This document shows positions 45,845 to 56,556 of a stretch of DNA of 64,000 nucleotides, in pieces. The stretch is from positions 577,734 to 641,733 of the forward strand of contig CP175956.1 in NCBI GenBank assembly GCA_046116545.1. The letters are read 5' to 3'. The notes below the pieces were generated by a model. It searched no databases. It was not told the origin of the DNA and saw only the letters and a program-made list of their open reading frames with translations. Source of the stretch: Candidatus Moraniibacteriota bacterium. Lineage in GTDB: Bacteria; Patescibacteriota; Minisyncoccia; Moranbacterales; GCA-2747515. Both the position numbers and the translations under genes were made by a program. Position 1 is the stretch's first letter. Every line of letters starts with the position of its first letter.

Positions 45845-47650
45845 ATGAAAAACATTAGAAACTTTTGTATTATTGCGCATATTGATCACGGAAAATCCAC
45901 ATTGTCGGATCGTCTTTTAGAAGTTACTGGAACTATTGAGGAGAGAGATATGAAAGAACAATTGTTAGATACGATGGATTTAGAAAGGGAGCGTGGAATT
46001 ACTATAAAATTGCAACCAGTCCAAATGGCATATAAGTATAATGATGTAGATTATACTTTGAATTTAATTGATACTCCTGGACATGTGGATTTCGCTTATG
46101 AAGTATCACGGTCACTTGCTGCAGTTGAGGGTGCTGTTTTATTGGTTGACGCTTCTCAGGGAGTGCAAGCTCAAACTCTTACAAATTTATATTTTGCACT
46201 TGAACAAGATCTTGAAATTATACCAGTGCTAAACAAAATTGATTTACCTAATGCTGATGTTGAAAAGGTAAAAAAAGAAATTGTGCATATATTAGGTTGT
46301 GATGCTGATGATATCTTGGCCGTTAGTGGTAAAACGGGGGAAGGTGTAAAAGAAATGCTTGAGAAAGTTATAGATGATACACCTGCACCAAGTGGTCAAG
46401 AAGACGGAGCAACTAGAGCACTTATTTTCGATAGTGTATATGATTCTTATAAGGGTGTGTTGGCTTATGTTAGAGTTGTAGATGGTAAAATAAATAAAAG
46501 AGATGACATACACATGCTTATGACAAAAGGTCAGAGTAGTATTGTGGAGCTAGGTCATTTAAAGCCAGGCCATGAAATTTGTGATGATTTACTAACTGGA
46601 GATATAGGATATATTGCCACTGGATTTAAAAGTGTATCAGAATGTAAGGTTGGTGATACAATTACACTTAAACAGAATTCAAAAACAGAAAATTATGATG
46701 AAATAAACCCACTAGCAGGTTATAAAGAAGTGCAGCCTGTAGTATATGCTAGCTTTTATCCACTAGATGGTAGTGATTATAATTTAATGCGGGATGCATT
46801 AGAGAAGTTAACTTTAAATGATGGCGCATTTAGATTTGAGCCAGAAAGCAATAAGGCTCTCGGTAGAGGGTTTAGATGTGGTTTTTTAGGACTTCTTCAT
46901 TTAGAAATCATACAAGCAAGACTTGATAGAGAATTTGATATGAGTCCAACTATAACAACTCCAAGTGTTGTTTACAAAATACACAAAAAGGATACAGATG
47001 AAACTGTGGATATATTTTCCCCTACAGAACTCCCAGATCCTTCAGTGGTAGAATCAATAGAAGAGCCTTATGTGAAATTAGAAATCATAGCTCCAAGTGA
47101 ATATTTAGGGAGCGTAATGGAGCTTATGGGAAATACTAGAGCAGAATATAGAACTACTGAATATATAGATGAATCTCGTGTGCAACTAGTTTTTGATGCA
47201 CCTCTTATGGATGTGATTGTTGATTTTCATGATCAACTAAAAAGCATTTCAAGTGGTTATGCATCTATGAACTATGAACCAATGGGTTACAGAACAAGTG
47301 ATTTAGTTAAATTAGATATATTGGTTGCTGGAGATGTTGTTGATGCATTTGCAAGAATTATTCCTAGAGATAGCGCTCATAAAGAAGGAAAAGCAACGGT
47401 CAATAAGCTTAAAGACGTATTACCAAGACAAAACTTTACAGTTGCAATTCAAGCTGCAATTGGAGCAAAAGTTATAGCTAGAGCAACCATAAGTGCATTT
47501 AGAAAAGATGTTACAGCAGGATTGTATGGTGGAGATATAACTAGAAAAAGAAAACTTTTGGAAAAGCAAAAGAAAGGTAAAAAAAGAATGGCACAATCAG
47601 GAAAAGTAGATATTCCACCAGAAACATTCTTGAAAGTTTTAAGAAAATAA
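45845..47650 (+). CDS. lepA: Translation elongation factor 4 (LepA)
   Basis: MKNIRNFCIIAHIDHGKSTLSDRLLE and DTPGHVDF. The start moves to the canonical Met; ORF-track uses 45809. Confidence 0.9.
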   Translation: MKNIRNFCIIAHIDHGKSTLSDRLLEVTGTIEERDMKEQLLDTMDLERERGITIKLQPVQMAYKYNDVDYTLNLIDTPGHVDFAYEVSRSLAAVEGAVLLVDASQGVQAQTLTNLYFALEQDLEIIPVLNKIDLPNADVEKVKKEIVHILGCDADDILAVSGKTGEGVKEMLEKVIDDTPAPSGQEDGATRALIFDSVYDSYKGVLAYVRVVDGKINKRDDIHMLMTKGQSSIVELGHLKPGHEICDDLLTGDIGYIATGFKSVSECKVGDTITLKQNSKTENYDEINPLAGYKEVQPVVYASFYPLDGSDYNLMRDALEKLTLNDGAFRFEPESNKALGRGFRCGFLGLLHLEIIQARLDREFDMSPTITTPSVVYKIHKKDTDETVDIFSPTELPDPSVVESIEEPYVKLEIIAPSEYLGSVMELMGNTRAEYRTTEYIDESRVQLVFDAPLMDVIVDFHDQLKSISSGYASMNYEPMGYRTSDLVKLDILVAGDVVDAFARIIPRDSAHKEGKATVNKLKDVLPRQNFTVAIQAAIGAKVIARATISAFRKDVTAGLYGGDITRKRKLLEKQKKGKKRMAQSGKVDIPPETFLKVLRK

Positions 47651-47737
47651 GTGTTGACAAAATGCTATTATTGTGATATCATATATTGTTATCATAAATT
47701 TTTTGATATCAAAAATCAAATAAATAAGGAGGCTCAA

Positions 47738-47956
47738 ATGAGTAAAGATGAGTTTTTAATGACAAAAGATGATATCGAAATTGTTCGAAATCATATGGAA
47801 TTGGAAGTATTTGAAGAGTATAGCTCTGCAAATAAGGCAACTTTATTAGCAAAGTGGCGCAAAGAAGGCAAAAAAATTCCAGTGCTTACTGCCCGTGATA
47901 TTCCAAGTTTGCATAATGATGGAGATGACATCATGCAAGAGGGGAGAGATTATTGA
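47738..47956 (+). CDS. Hypothetical small protein (72 aa)
   Basis: RBS AAGGAGG 7 nt upstream of ATG 47738. The ORF-track N-terminal extension from 47651 has no RBS. Confidence 0.4.
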   Translation: MSKDEFLMTKDDIEIVRNHMELEVFEEYSSANKATLLAKWRKEGKKIPVLTARDIPSLHNDGDDIMQEGRDY

Positions 47957-47967
47957 AATCCTCTTGT

Positions 47968-48011
47968 AACGACATATTACATTAACAAATGTGGTATGTC
48001 GTTTTATTTTT
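47968..48011 (+). terminator. Rho-independent terminator (aacgacata ... tatgtcgtt + T-run)
   Basis: 9-bp stem followed by TTTTATTTTTT. Confidence 0.7.
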
Positions 48012-48157
48012 TCACATGAATAAGTTGTTAAACCAGCTTTGACTATAGTATGAAAAAAGAGTATTATTAAGTGAGTGAAAAATAAAAATACAAGAGGGGA
48101 GAATATCGGTTGCAAAGTAACTGATTTTTGGCGTGTTTTGAATATTAAGACAAAAGA

Positions 48158-49252
48158 ATGAAAAGAATCGTAGAAAAGTTATCTAAAGTTTCTAAGAAAA
48201 TGAGTGGAAAGTTTTTTGGAAACCTTTCAAAGGATATTGGCATTGACTTAGGAACTGCTAATACTTTGGTGTATGTTAGTGGTAGTGGAATTGTTATAAA
48301 TGAGCCATCGGTTGTTGCTATGAATACTCGCACAGGTCAGATATTAGCAATTGGAAAAGAAGCAAAAAGGATGGTTGGAAAAACACCAGCTCATATTGTG
48401 GCAACTCGTCCACTTGTAGATGGTGTAGTTAGTGATTTTGAAGTTACGGAGCAAATGCTTAAGTATTTTTTTGAGAAAGTGCATAAAGACCAGTTTTCAT
48501 TTTTGCCAAGACCTAGAGTGTTAATAGGGATACCTTCTGGAGTAACAGAAGTGGAAAAAAGAGCTGTGATAGACGCAGCAATGAGCGCAGGAGCTCGAGA
48601 GGCTTATTTGATAGATGAGCCTATGGCTGCATCTATTGGTGCGCGGATGCCTGTTACTGAAGCAAATGGAAATATGATTGTGGATATTGGAGGTGGAACT
48701 AGTGAAATTGCTGTCATATCACTTGGTGGTGTTGTTGCTGCACGTTCACTTAGAACAGCGGGAGATGAAATGAACGAAGATATTATAAGGTATATGAGAG
48801 ATGAGTTCAATCTTCTTATAGGCGAGAGGACTGCGGAAGAAGTGAAGATTACAGTAGGAAGCGCGTATCAACAAAAGACACAACTAACAACAAAGGTAAG
48901 AGGTAGGGATTTAGTTACAGGATTACCAAAAGAAGTGAAAGTAACAGATGATAATATTAGAGATGCTCTTTCAAGAAGCATTCGAATTATTGTAAATACA
49001 ATAAAAACAATCATAGAAGAAACCCCGCCAGAGCTGCTTGCAGATATAATGCAAAGTGGAATTATTTTGGCAGGTGGAGGCGGACTTATACGCGGACTTG
49101 ATAAGCTTATAGCAAATGAAACAAAGATACCTGTTATGAAAATGGAGGATCCTCTTACAGCTGTTGTACGAGGAACAGGTATTGTATTAGAAGATTTAGA
49201 AAATTTAAGAGAAGTTTTAATTGAAACTGATGAGATGGCACCATTACGATAA
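48158..49252 (+). CDS. mreB: Rod-shape-determining actin homologue MreB (true start possibly ATG 48200)
   Basis: DIGIDLGTANTLVYV phosphate-1 motif and DIGGGTSEIAVIS. Confidence 0.9.
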   Translation: MKRIVEKLSKVSKKMSGKFFGNLSKDIGIDLGTANTLVYVSGSGIVINEPSVVAMNTRTGQILAIGKEAKRMVGKTPAHIVATRPLVDGVVSDFEVTEQMLKYFFEKVHKDQFSFLPRPRVLIGIPSGVTEVEKRAVIDAAMSAGAREAYLIDEPMAASIGARMPVTEANGNMIVDIGGGTSEIAVISLGGVVAARSLRTAGDEMNEDIIRYMRDEFNLLIGERTAEEVKITVGSAYQQKTQLTTKVRGRDLVTGLPKEVKVTDDNIRDALSRSIRIIVNTIKTIIEETPPELLADIMQSGIILAGGGGLIRGLDKLIANETKIPVMKMEDPLTAVVRGTGIVLEDLENLREVLIETDEMAPLR

Positions 49253-49277
49253 ATAAATTGATTAATATTTATTATTC

Positions 49278-50081
49278 ATGCAAATAGTACATAAGGCAAA
49301 AAGAAAAAAAAGAATATTTATCTATGTTGCTGTAGCTATTGTTTTGATTATTATAAATCCATTTAATATTTTTAATTCTATTAGAAATATTATTATGATT
49401 CCTGCTACACCTATTTTGAAAATTGGATTTGGACCAGGTTCTTTTGTGCAAGATAAAACAAAAATGATATTTAATATAGGTAGCTTATACAAGGAAAATG
49501 AACAACTTAATAATCAAGTTATCCAGTTAAAATCAGAAGTGGAATTCTTGAGTGATATAAAAAATGAAAATGAAATATTAAGAAATTCTGTAAATTTGTT
49601 ACCAAAAAATAATCAAGAATTAATTGGGGCAGATGTTGTGCTTAGGGATCCTGTTGGTGGTAATCAGTGGATAATGATAAATAGAGGTAGTGAAGATGGC
49701 GTTCGAAATGGTACTGCTGTTATCGTAAATGATAATGTATTTGTAGGTGTTATAGATGAAGTAGATAAAAATTCATCACGTGTAAGACTTATGACGCATC
49801 CAGACAGCAGTGTTAATGTTGCTTCATCTAGAACGGGATCAGAAGCCATAGCTCGAGGCAGACATGGATTATCATTGACTGTAGAAGATATAAAAAAGAA
49901 TGATGATGTGAAAAATGGGGATATGTTTATTACATCAAATATTGGCAATTCATTTCCTAGAGGTTTAAGTGTAGGAAATGTCCAGAATATAACTACATCA
50001 GAGGATAATTTATTTCAAACTGCAAGTATTAATCCTTTGGTTGAATTGGATGATTTGAGGTTTGTATTTATTATAAAATAA
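49278..50081 (+). CDS. mreC: Rod-shape-determining protein MreC
   Basis: N-terminal TM + coiled coil and a C-terminal beta domain. Follows mreB. Confidence 0.7.
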   Translation: MQIVHKAKRKKRIFIYVAVAIVLIIINPFNIFNSIRNIIMIPATPILKIGFGPGSFVQDKTKMIFNIGSLYKENEQLNNQVIQLKSEVEFLSDIKNENEILRNSVNLLPKNNQELIGADVVLRDPVGGNQWIMINRGSEDGVRNGTAVIVNDNVFVGVIDEVDKNSSRVRLMTHPDSSVNVASSRTGSEAIARGRHGLSLTVEDIKKNDDVKNGDMFITSNIGNSFPRGLSVGNVQNITTSEDNLFQTASINPLVELDDLRFVFIIK

Positions 50082-50083
50082 TT

Positions 50084-50590
50084 ATGATAAAATTTTTTGT
50101 ACGATTAATTATTCTTTTAATATCGTTAGCGCTAACAATAGGATTTGCAGCAGGTATAGATATTAATGCTTTTTTGTTAGCTGTTATATTTTTATGTGTA
50201 TGGGTAATCGTAGTGCCATTTGAAGATATATTTTGGTGGTTATTTACATATTCCATTATATTTTCTATATTGAGTTATGATTATTTTGGGGTTTATATAA
50301 TTATTTTACTTGGTGTAGCTCTGGCTTTTGATTTCATATATGGACTTTTAAAAAGAAGTGCAAATGATGGAAATTTTGTATTGTTTGGAATAATGTTTTT
50401 ACTTGCGGGAGCTTCTAGTATTATTTTGAGTTTAGTTAAATATGGATCAATATCATTTAATCCATCATCAATAATATTAGATATTCTTATTACTACATGT
50501 ATATTTTTTATATTTAAATTTGTAATACAAAAATTAGAAAGATTTATAAATTTATATACACATGGAACTGATATGCGTTGTCATACATAA
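50084..50590 (+). CDS. mreD: Rod-shape-determining protein MreD (polytopic membrane)
   Basis: 5 TM helices. Position between mreC and PBP2. Confidence 0.6.
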   Translation: MIKFFVRLIILLISLALTIGFAAGIDINAFLLAVIFLCVWVIVVPFEDIFWWLFTYSIIFSILSYDYFGVYIIILLGVALAFDFIYGLLKRSANDGNFVLFGIMFLLAGASSIILSLVKYGSISFNPSSIILDILITTCIFFIFKFVIQKLERFINLYTHGTDMRCHT

Positions 50591-50593
50591 AAT

Positions 50594-52513
50594 ATGAAAT
50601 TTAAGAAAATAGATTTACAAACAAATGAAATAGATGATGCGATTCTCACAGCTTCTGAAAAAGAAGCTGCAAGAATGGCTTTTGATTTTGATAAAAAGTG
50701 GTTTATTATTTTATTTTCTATAATAATACTGGTTGTTGTATCACTCCTAGGTAGAGTATTTTATTTATCTGTTATAAAAGGTGAATATTATTCATTTGTA
50801 GCTAGTGGAAATAGTGTAAGGGAGATACCTATAATTGCTCCAAGAGGGACAATTTATGATGTGCATGGAGAGGTTTTGACAAATAATATGCCAAGCAGAA
50901 GTGTAATAGTTTTATCAGACTTATTACCTAAGGATGATGCATTAGTGAAAGAGATTGAAAATAAGCTTTCTAAGGCATTAAAAATTGATACAGGTAAAAT
51001 AAATGCAATTTTACAGGAAACTATACAATCAAAAACAGAAGGTGTTATAGCTGAAAATATAACGCATGAACAAGCAATGGAATTTAGAGCTATTGAAAAT
51101 GATGTGCCAGGAATTAACTTACAACAAACAGCTGTTAGAAATTATGTGGATGGTGAAAAATTTGCACACATCTTGGGCTACGAGGGATTAATACAAAAAG
51201 AAGAAAAAGAAGAGAATCCAGAGTATTTACTTATAGATAGAATAGGAAAAACAGGGATAGAATATCAATATGAAAAGTATTTGCATGGCGTACATGGTGC
51301 GCAGCGATCATTAGTTGATAGTCGTGGGAGGATGGTGAAAGATTTAGTTGATATTGAGCCAAGAAATGGATTTGAAGTGCATTTGAATATAGACAAAGAA
51401 TTACAAAGTTTTTTATATGACAGATTAGAAAAAGAGCTAGATAGAGCAAAGACAAAAAAAGCAATGGCAATAATTCTAGATCCTCGTGATGGAGCTGTTA
51501 GAGCTATGGTTAGTTTGCCTAGTTATGACAATAATATTTTTGCCAAGGGAATTGATTCAGAAACATATAGTAGGTGGATAACAGATGAAAATAGGCCACT
51601 TTTTAATCGTGCTATAGGAGGTGTTTATGCGCCAGGTTCAACGGTGAAACCAGTAATGGGGATAGCAGTATTATCAGAAAATATTATTTCAGCAAGCCAT
51701 AAAATAGAAAGTCGAGGAGGACTTCAATTGGGAAATTTCTTTTTTGGAGATTGGCGTGCTCATGGATTTACTGATTTGAGAAGAGCTATTGCTGTTTCAA
51801 GTGATGTATATTTTTATACTATTGGAGGTGGGTATGGTGATATTACAGGACTTGGAATAGAAAAAATGAAATATTATATGACAAAGTTTGGTTATGGTGA
51901 AAAAACAGGCATTGATTTACCAAGCGAGGCAAGGGGTCTATATCCAGATAAAAAATGGAAGGAAGATTATATAGGTGAGCGGTGGTATATAGGAAATACA
52001 TATCATGCATCAATTGGGCAAGGTTTTATAACTTCTACAGTATTGCAAGTTGCCAATTCTATAGCTGCCATTGTTAATGGTGGGACTTTGTATGAACCAC
52101 ATGTAGTCTCTCATATAATAGACAAAGAAACTGAAAAGCAAATTGATATAGAAAAAAAGATATTAAAAGATAATTTAGCAACGGATGAAGAAATAAAGAT
52201 TGTACAAGAAGGTATGCGACAAACCGTAACAGAAGGGACAGCAACAATGCTTTCATCATTAAATGTTGAGGTTGCGGGAAAGACCGGAACAGCACAGTTT
52301 GGTGGCGGTGAAGAAGTGCATTCATGGTTTGTATCATATGCCCCATATGATAATCCAGAAATGGTAATGGTGATAATGGTAGAGGGTCAAACAGGAGAAA
52401 TATCATCAGCAACAGTACCTGTAGCTCATGATGTTTACAAGTGGTACTTCAATGGACGTAATGAAGCTGAAAAAGTTGTTGAAGCAACTAGTATTATTGA
52501 ACAAGTTGATTGA
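50594..52513 (+). CDS. mrdA: Penicillin-binding protein 2 (elongasome transpeptidase)
   Basis: N-terminal TM and transpeptidase motifs STVKP (SxxK) and KTGTAQ. Confidence 0.85.
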   Translation: MKFKKIDLQTNEIDDAILTASEKEAARMAFDFDKKWFIILFSIIILVVVSLLGRVFYLSVIKGEYYSFVASGNSVREIPIIAPRGTIYDVHGEVLTNNMPSRSVIVLSDLLPKDDALVKEIENKLSKALKIDTGKINAILQETIQSKTEGVIAENITHEQAMEFRAIENDVPGINLQQTAVRNYVDGEKFAHILGYEGLIQKEEKEENPEYLLIDRIGKTGIEYQYEKYLHGVHGAQRSLVDSRGRMVKDLVDIEPRNGFEVHLNIDKELQSFLYDRLEKELDRAKTKKAMAIILDPRDGAVRAMVSLPSYDNNIFAKGIDSETYSRWITDENRPLFNRAIGGVYAPGSTVKPVMGIAVLSENIISASHKIESRGGLQLGNFFFGDWRAHGFTDLRRAIAVSSDVYFYTIGGGYGDITGLGIEKMKYYMTKFGYGEKTGIDLPSEARGLYPDKKWKEDYIGERWYIGNTYHASIGQGFITSTVLQVANSIAAIVNGGTLYEPHVVSHIIDKETEKQIDIEKKILKDNLATDEEIKIVQEGMRQTVTEGTATMLSSLNVEVAGKTGTAQFGGGEEVHSWFVSYAPYDNPEMVMVIMVEGQTGEISSATVPVAHDVYKWYFNGRNEAEKVVEATSIIEQVD

Positions 52514-52591
52514 TTTTTGTTGAAAAATATTGTATGATAGTGTGTTAATCAAGTTAACAATTTAACATAATTTAACTAGTGAGGTTACATC

Positions 52592-53017
52592 TTGGAAACA
52601 GCTGATTTGGATAGGATTAAAAATTTAGTAGAAGACCTTAGGCAGTGTAGTGGTTCGCTATATAGTGAAAAAAAGCAGGATGAATTGCTTACTGAAATAC
52701 ATAAATTGTCTGCGGACTTAGTTATAAACCCAGATAAGATTATTAAGGTTATAGAAAACAATGGTTATAGTATTTTTCATACATTGCAGGCATGGATTAT
52801 AGATAGCTCAAATGTCACGAGTATTAGTGTTAAAAAAGATCTTATGGCAGCTTTGCCTGATTATATGCAGATGATGTCAGTTGATATGCAAGATATGTTT
52901 AGTGATACTGTTAATGTTATGGTAAGCACTATTATAAAAGTGATAAATAGAGATTGCAAACCAGTTGAGTGCAGTCTTTGTATTTTAAGAATGCATTGTC
53001 CACTCAGATGTAATTAA
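52592..53017 (+). CDS. Hypothetical protein (141 aa)
   Basis: ORF only. Confidence 0.35.
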   Translation: METADLDRIKNLVEDLRQCSGSLYSEKKQDELLTEIHKLSADLVINPDKIIKVIENNGYSIFHTLQAWIIDSSNVTSISVKKDLMAALPDYMQMMSVDMQDMFSDTVNVMVSTIIKVINRDCKPVECSLCILRMHCPLRCN

Positions 53018-53035
53018 TGATTGTAGAATATTAAG

Positions 53036-53078
53036 AACAACGACACCTATATAAGTATGGGTGTCGTTTTATATTTGA
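53036..53078 (+). terminator. Rho-independent terminator (aacgacaccta ... tgggtgtcgtt + T-run); stem sequence related to the terminator at 47968
   Basis: 11-bp stem followed by TTTTATATTT. Confidence 0.65.
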
Positions 53079-53161
53079 ATATGCAAGTAATAATTCAGTA
53101 GAAATAGCGGGAAGTATTTTTTCATGGTATTATAAAGATAATAAATCATAACAAAAGTAAT

Positions 53162-54097
53162 ATGAATAAAATTACATATTGGCTTAGGAAAGTTGGAATG
53201 TTACGTACTTCATCATATAAAGTTAGCGGTGATGCTGACAAATTAAATAAAATACAGGCAAATGATGGAGGAATGATTCAAAGTCCAAAAGAGATTGATG
53301 AAATGTATAAAGAATCAAATGTAGGACAAGAGAAACCACAACAAAAAAATGATACGGCATCACAAAATAATGACAATCAAAACAATGAAGATCCAAAGAG
53401 TAAAATTTTATTTTGGATATTTCTTGTAGTTGGAGTTATCCTTTCATGCATGGTTTTATTAATGGATTTTTCAATTTGGTTTGTTGTTACAGCTGTTTTA
53501 TGGGCATGGTTTTTACGAAATATATGGATAAAGACTGTAGCAAATTCATTAATAGTAGGAAAAACAATTCTTGTGGGTGTAATACTTATTTTTACATCTT
53601 TTGTTTTTATGGGAGTTGCGGTGTCGGGGTCAGAAGAGACTGAAAATGATGTGGTCGTAAAATCAGAAAAAACACAAGAGACTGAAAAAGCTAAAGCAGA
53701 GGAAAAGAATGATGTTGTAAAAAAAGAAGTGAAGCAGGATAAAATTTCACAATTTATGATGGACTTAAAAAAAGAAACAAATATCAATTTTGGTGAAATT
53801 GCAGGGGATAAAAATGTATTATGGACATCTACATCCATGGCACTTGTACCAACGGATGCAAAAACAATGATAGTAAATGATGTATCAGATAAAAAATGGT
53901 CCAAAATGAAAAGTTATTTCAAAGACAGGAAAGGTCATCATGGAACTATAGGGTTTGAATTTGTAGATAAAAGTGATAATAAACAGGATGGATATTTGTT
54001 TGATGATGGTGACTATAGACATTTGATGTGTATACTTACAAAAGCAGAAAAAACAATGAGTATAAGTTGTGGTTGGGGTCCAGGTGGAGGTGAATAA
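53162..54097 (+). CDS. Membrane protein, hypothetical (central 3-TM block, Lys/Glu-rich region)
   Basis: Hydrophobic helices at aa ~85-150. Confidence 0.45.
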   Translation: MNKITYWLRKVGMLRTSSYKVSGDADKLNKIQANDGGMIQSPKEIDEMYKESNVGQEKPQQKNDTASQNNDNQNNEDPKSKILFWIFLVVGVILSCMVLLMDFSIWFVVTAVLWAWFLRNIWIKTVANSLIVGKTILVGVILIFTSFVFMGVAVSGSEETENDVVVKSEKTQETEKAKAEEKNDVVKKEVKQDKISQFMMDLKKETNINFGEIAGDKNVLWTSTSMALVPTDAKTMIVNDVSDKKWSKMKSYFKDRKGHHGTIGFEFVDKSDNKQDGYLFDDGDYRHLMCILTKAEKTMSISCGWGPGGGE

Positions 54098-54130
54098 ATA
54101 TATTAAAAATAAATATTAAATATAAGTCTT

Positions 54131-55795
54131 ATGAATAATAAATATATATTTCCATTAGTTTTACTTGCAGTTGGTGCTTTTATTTTTGTAGCGTTTTTTA
54201 CGTTTAGTCCAACCGCTACAGATAACAATAATGTGCGTGTTTCAGAAGACGTGAGCACTCTGTTGCAGGAAGAACAACCAGAACCCACATATTTATTCAC
54301 ACATTCAACAGGCGGAGGAATATTTGAAAATATTGGAGGAGATAAATATATTTTGACATTGTCAAATCCAGAAAGTGATGTGATTTATTTTTCAGACAGA
54401 CCTTTTAGAGAGGTTGGACAAGAAAAGCTAGGAATATTTTTAAATACATTAGGATTTGAGGTAGGCGATGCTCCAAATGCAACAATCGTAGTAGAAAATG
54501 AAGACGGAGATAAAACGATGATTGTTGCAGAACTTACAGAGCCGATTTTCAATAGAGATGATAATACTCTTACATATACAGCAACAATTTTACGAGAAGA
54601 AACAGGTGAATTGGCAGAATATGGAGAAGCTAAGATACCAGAAAATTTTGCAAATGCTACATTATTTATAGATAGTTCAAAAAAGCACACTAACAAAAAA
54701 GATACATGGAAAGATCATAAAGATGAAAAATGTGGTAAAAAAGATTATAGAATGACACTGGGTGATGCGTATGACATAGCAAGCGGAACAGAAAGTGAGT
54801 GTTTGATTTATGATGATGCAAAGTTAAGCAAAACAGATTTCGAATGTAAGGATGATGTATGGAAAATTAATATGGACACAAGTCTGAAGGGTGAAGCAAG
54901 TAAGTGTAAAGCATATTGCATTGTTGTGCCAAATGAAAAATATAAAAAAGGAGAAGGTGTTGCTCGTATAGAATATGATTGCAAACATTCAGCTGATGAA
55001 AAAGGAGATAAAAATAAATATTGTTCTAGTCCAGATGTGAAAAAAGGACATGAATATGCGGATGCTAGAAGTGATTTGATTAGTGAATACCATCATATTT
55101 TAAATAAAGCAAAGGATAAAAAAACTAGTTATGAACATCATTATTGTGTAGAAACAGGAATGCCGTATTCATCAAATAAACATTGGGCAACAGATTGTTC
55201 TGGTCTTGGAGGCTATGCATTATTTCACAAATTACCATATCATTATAAGTTGTTAGATGACAGTAGGAAAGCACATGCAAAAGCAGATAGACCATTAGCT
55301 ATGGATTTTTATAATTTTATAGATAATGTAAATGATGATGGTAACAAAGAAGAAAAGTCTTGTTGGGAGAGAATTCATAAATTGGAAAATGCTAAACAGG
55401 GAGACTTCCTTGTAGTTAAATATAATGAACACACAAAAAGTAATTCAACAGGACATGTTATGTGGATTGATGAAGTTCATAGTAAAACAGGAGATCATCG
55501 TAAGATAACAGTAATTGATTCTGCAAATAGTGGTCATGGTAGCGATACAAGAAAAGATAAAAATACATACAACTGTAAAGGTGAACACGACTGCGGTATA
55601 GGAATGGGTGATATGTGGTTTTATACAGATGACAAAGGACATCCAACACAATACACATGGAAAGCACATCCAGGACAGCATACACGATATTGCAAATATG
55701 AAGACAAAGACTGTGATTGCAGTAAGAATGGTGATGATAAATGTGAGCTAGAAGGAATCGTTATTGGTCGCGTAAAAAATTGTACAGCTAAATAA
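54131..55795 (+). CDS. Secreted protein with C-terminal NlpC/P60 (CHAP-like) cysteine peptidase domain; putative cell-wall hydrolase
   Basis: Signal/TM N-terminus, then Lys/Asp/Cys-rich region. Catalytic Cys context HWATDCSGLGGYALFH and His context GHVMWIDEVH. Confidence 0.55.
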   Translation: MNNKYIFPLVLLAVGAFIFVAFFTFSPTATDNNNVRVSEDVSTLLQEEQPEPTYLFTHSTGGGIFENIGGDKYILTLSNPESDVIYFSDRPFREVGQEKLGIFLNTLGFEVGDAPNATIVVENEDGDKTMIVAELTEPIFNRDDNTLTYTATILREETGELAEYGEAKIPENFANATLFIDSSKKHTNKKDTWKDHKDEKCGKKDYRMTLGDAYDIASGTESECLIYDDAKLSKTDFECKDDVWKINMDTSLKGEASKCKAYCIVVPNEKYKKGEGVARIEYDCKHSADEKGDKNKYCSSPDVKKGHEYADARSDLISEYHHILNKAKDKKTSYEHHYCVETGMPYSSNKHWATDCSGLGGYALFHKLPYHYKLLDDSRKAHAKADRPLAMDFYNFIDNVNDDGNKEEKSCWERIHKLENAKQGDFLVVKYNEHTKSNSTGHVMWIDEVHSKTGDHRKITVIDSANSGHGSDTRKDKNTYNCKGEHDCGIGMGDMWFYTDDKGHPTQYTWKAHPGQHTRYCKYEDKDCDCSKNGDDKCELEGIVIGRVKNCTAK

Positions 55796-55929
55796 TAATA
55801 AATTAACATGTTAGTTTTTCTAACATGTTTTTTATTTACAATTTATATAAAATGTGTTAATCTTTTACATTGTTCTTTAATTTGAAAAGGGTTGTTTTTT
55901 TTATCAAAAAATTTATTGGAGGAGATATA

Positions 55930-56556
55930 ATGTCAAAAGCATCTCGCAGGAAGTCTAATAAGAATAAGAAACATAAACGTAAAAAACAAGAAAGAGAGCA
56001 ATCTTGTTTGAAGCATACTAAAGAAATGCGGCAGTTGAGGTTTGTGGCGTATATGTGGGAGGATGATGCTTGTGATTTTTCTGGTGTTTTGTGTAATATG
56101 AAGGTTGATAACATTATAAAAGCAAAATATCAAAACTTTTGTTTTGATGATGTTATGTATACCAGAATTTCCTTACATGTATACAATGACAATGTTTGTA
56201 AAGCTTATCAGCTTATGGAAAGTTCTGCATTGACTGCTGTCGGTTCTGAACAATTTATTTCGCCAAAGTGTAGAGGTTTGTTTTCACATCGAATTACACA
56301 GGAAAATCTTTGTGTAGTTGGCCAAATAACTCATGAAACTGTTGATCAATTTAATGGTGATGTAAAAGAATCTCAAGCCTTGTATGATTCTGAAATATTG
56401 TTTTATCAATTGCCCCATAGTGTAAATATTTTTGTGGAAATTTATACTAATGATATAAATCGTGAATCTGCCATAGCAGTGTTAGATGATGGTTGGATGA
56501 GTAATAAATGGGGTAGTCAATTCCAGCAAGTTAAACGAACGGGAGCATTGCAATGA
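55930..56556 (+). CDS. Hypothetical protein with highly basic N-terminus (start moved to the RBS-supported Met)
   Basis: GGAGG RBS 6 nt upstream of ATG 55930. SKASRRKSNKNKKHKRKKQEREQ. Confidence 0.45.
   Translation: MSKASRRKSNKNKKHKRKKQEREQSCLKHTKEMRQLRFVAYMWEDDACDFSGVLCNMKVDNIIKAKYQNFCFDDVMYTRISLHVYNDNVCKAYQLMESSALTAVGSEQFISPKCRGLFSHRITQENLCVVGQITHETVDQFNGDVKESQALYDSEILFYQLPHSVNIFVEIYTNDINRESAIAVLDDGWMSNKWGSQFQQVKRTGALQ

Noticed and set aside
47651-47737. N-terminal extension MLTKCYYCDIIYCYHKFFDIKNQINKEAQ of ORF 47651..47956
   Set aside because: It overlaps the lepA stop with no RBS. A strong RBS (AAGGAGG) precedes the internal ATG 47738.
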